A DNA stretch of 64,000 nt, from positions 118,360 through 182,359 of IMG/VR virus record IMGVR_UViG_3300035696_000005; one strand, given 5' to 3'. Under the pieces are notes generated by a model. It worked only from the letters and a program-made list of their open reading frames with translations. It made no database searches and was not told the origin of the DNA. Below, one piece after another: positions 62,292 through 64,000 of this stretch; position 1 is the first letter of the stretch, and each line of letters opens with the position of its first letter. The DNA is from a virus. A program made the position numbers and the translations under genes.

Positions 62292-64000
62292 ATGAAAATC
62301 TTAAGCACGCTTGTTCTTTTATTCTCCTTGAATGCCTTCGCCGATGTTGATGCCCATCTGAGTCACCTGATCGCCCCAACAGCGGTCGATCAAAATCTGC
62401 TGCCACAAACGACTACGACGTATAACCTCGGGTCATCATCGTTTCAGTGGAATGATGCTTATATTGACTCGCTGATCACCGGCAATTTTAAGCTGACGAC
62501 ATCGCCGACGTCTGGATACGTGTTGACCTCTGACGGCTCCGGTAATGGAACATGGCAGCCAGCTGGTGCAAGTAGTTCAACAACCGGGTATCTGATTGAT
62601 AATACGACACCATTTGGGTCGTTTCCGATTAACTCAGGTGGAGACGATGGATGGGCAAGTCCGTTCACTGTAAGCGCGACTGAGACGGCGATTAGTCTGA
62701 TTCTGCCGATCAACACGTTGTCTGGGACACCTGCTGGTAATATCGATGTGACGATTTCTGCTGACAGTAGTGGTCAACCAGGAGCAGCTGCTTGGAGCGG
62801 GACGATTTTGGCAAGCTCGATCCCGACTGGATCGCCAGGGTCGTATTATGCGACAGTGTCGATCAATCAGTCGATCAGTGCTGGAAGTTACTGGGTGACT
62901 GTGACTGGAGATTCGACATTTCTGGCAAGCGGAGCAGTTGATCAGGTGTATGGATCGACGAATGAGCCTGGACCAGCTTCTGTGTGGAACGGATCGATTT
63001 GGGCGACGGCACCAGGGCAGCCGCAAGTTGCAGCACAGATTACGTATTCAGATGGACCAGCAGCGAGCATTTATCTGAGTAACTTAGATCCGAACACAGC
63101 AGTGAACCAGAGCATGATCCCACAGTACGATGGGACGGTTGATCTGGGAAATTACACGAACGGATGGAATCACATTTATCTGTCGCCATCCGGGTTGAGT
63201 AGTATTGGTCAGTACAATGGGTACATCGCGCAGTGGAATGCTACGCTACTGCACACTTATGGAGATTCGAGCAGCCACACGAACGTGTTCCTGGGGTATA
63301 GCGCTGGCAACTACTCGATGTCAGACGGAACGGCTAGGAATAACACTGGCGTTGGAATTGAGACGTTGCAAGGGTTAACAATAGGCGTAGACAACGTGGC
63401 AGTAGGTGCGAACGCTGCTACAGGAGATAATAGCGGTAGTGAGAATATTGCGATTGGTTCCTCAGCTTTGTACGCAAACAGTTCTGGATCGTACAACATA
63501 GCGATTGGAACGCTTGCGCTTGCTGCGACAACAAGTGATAGCGGAAACGTAGCGATCGGTTTTGGAGCCTCACAGGAGAACAGTGGTGGATCTAGCAATA
63601 CTGCAGTTGGATATTCTGCTTTAAATGCGAATACTACAGGAGATCAAAATACCGCAGTAGGCTATAACTCTCTGACAGCTGATACCGTTGGGTATGGCAA
63701 CACAGCGATGGGTTATTTTTCACTAGAATCAGAGACGACTGGATTCTATAACACCGCAGTAGGACAGGGTGCGATGGTTAACGCTAGTAGTGGAAATTCT
63801 TATCTGACCGCTGTCGGTAATAACGCTTTAGCGAATGCGGTCGGTCTATCGTCGTCAACTGCTATGGGAACTTCCGCGTTGAATAATGATACTACAGGAG
63901 ATCAAAATACCGCAGTAGGCTATAACTCTCTGACAGCTGATACCGTTGGGTATGGCAACACAGCGATGGGTTATTTTTCACTAAAATCAGAGACGACTGG
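62292..64000 (+). CDS. Signal-peptide-bearing fibre/adhesin-like protein 3 (partial, at least 569 aa)
   Basis: Manual translation MKILSTLVLLFSLNAFA|DV..; 14-aa N.A.G..AL beta-roll repeats; open to window end. Confidence 0.75.
   Translation, partial: MKILSTLVLLFSLNAFADVDAHLSHLIAPTAVDQNLLPQTTTTYNLGSSSFQWNDAYIDSLITGNFKLTTSPTSGYVLTSDGSGNGTWQPAGASSSTTGYLIDNTTPFGSFPINSGGDDGWASPFTVSATETAISLILPINTLSGTPAGNIDVTISADSSGQPGAAAWSGTILASSIPTGSPGSYYATVSINQSISAGSYWVTVTGDSTFLASGAVDQVYGSTNEPGPASVWNGSIWATAPGQPQVAAQITYSDGPAASIYLSNLDPNTAVNQSMIPQYDGTVDLGNYTNGWNHIYLSPSGLSSIGQYNGYIAQWNATLLHTYGDSSSHTNVFLGYSAGNYSMSDGTARNNTGVGIETLQGLTIGVDNVAVGANAATGDNSGSENIAIGSSALYANSSGSYNIAIGTLALAATTSDSGNVAIGFGASQENSGGSSNTAVGYSALNANTTGDQNTAVGYNSLTADTVGYGNTAMGYFSLESETTGFYNTAVGQGAMVNASSGNSYLTAVGNNALANAVGLSSSTAMGTSALNNDTTGDQNTAVGYNSLTADTVGYGNTAMGYFSLKSETT
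63631..64000 (+). repeat. 112-nt near-identical in-frame direct repeat
   Basis: 63631..63742 vs 63889..64000, one mismatch (G/A), 258-nt spacing; second copy reaches window end. Confidence 0.9.

Noticed and set aside
63631-64000. DGR template/variable repeat pair
   Set aside because: Only one mismatch, both copies lie in-frame in one ORF, and no reverse transcriptase is in the window
1-64000. Integrase, transposase, RtcB ligase, capsid or terminase genes
   Set aside because: No supporting motifs in this window; they may lie elsewhere in the genome

Overview
Fragment of a large (jumbo-type) tailed phage genome read in the standard bacterial code. About 1-34.3 kb is a mostly minus-strand arm. 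It carries many small ORFs, a Pol-beta nucleotidyltransferase, three metallophosphoesterases, a GGQ release-factor-like protein, a DUF932 protein, a frameshifted AIPR-like gene, Ro60/TROVE with four tandem Y-like RNAs, an AEP primase-ATPase fusion and an SNF2 helicase. It also carries 37 tRNA genes (called by eye) covering all 20 amino acids, interleaved with HNH genes and several tRNA-like oddities. About 34.3-64 kb is a plus-strand contractile-tail module: G/GT chaperone frameshift, tape measure, baseplate, a sigma factor, fibres, three tail-collar genes and three signal-peptide-bearing fibre-like proteins, the last running off the window. Top finding: each of the two tRNA clusters is preceded by the same architecture, TTGCA(A/C)-17 nt-TAnnnT-7 nt-ATG leader ORF, antiterminator-competent sequence and intrinsic terminator. 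The codon content of each leader mirrors the tRNAs downstream. Leader A (23 aa) has 13 consecutive N/F/S/Y/Q codons ahead of the Asn/Asn/Tyr/Phe/Gln/Gln/Ser/Ser cluster. Leader B (38 aa) contains all 15 other amino acids, and none of N/F/S/Y/Q after residue 7, ahead of the cluster for those 15. This suggests ribosome-mediated attenuators that sense tRNA depletion across the whole code (inference, untested). All calls were made by reading the sequence; no database searches were run.
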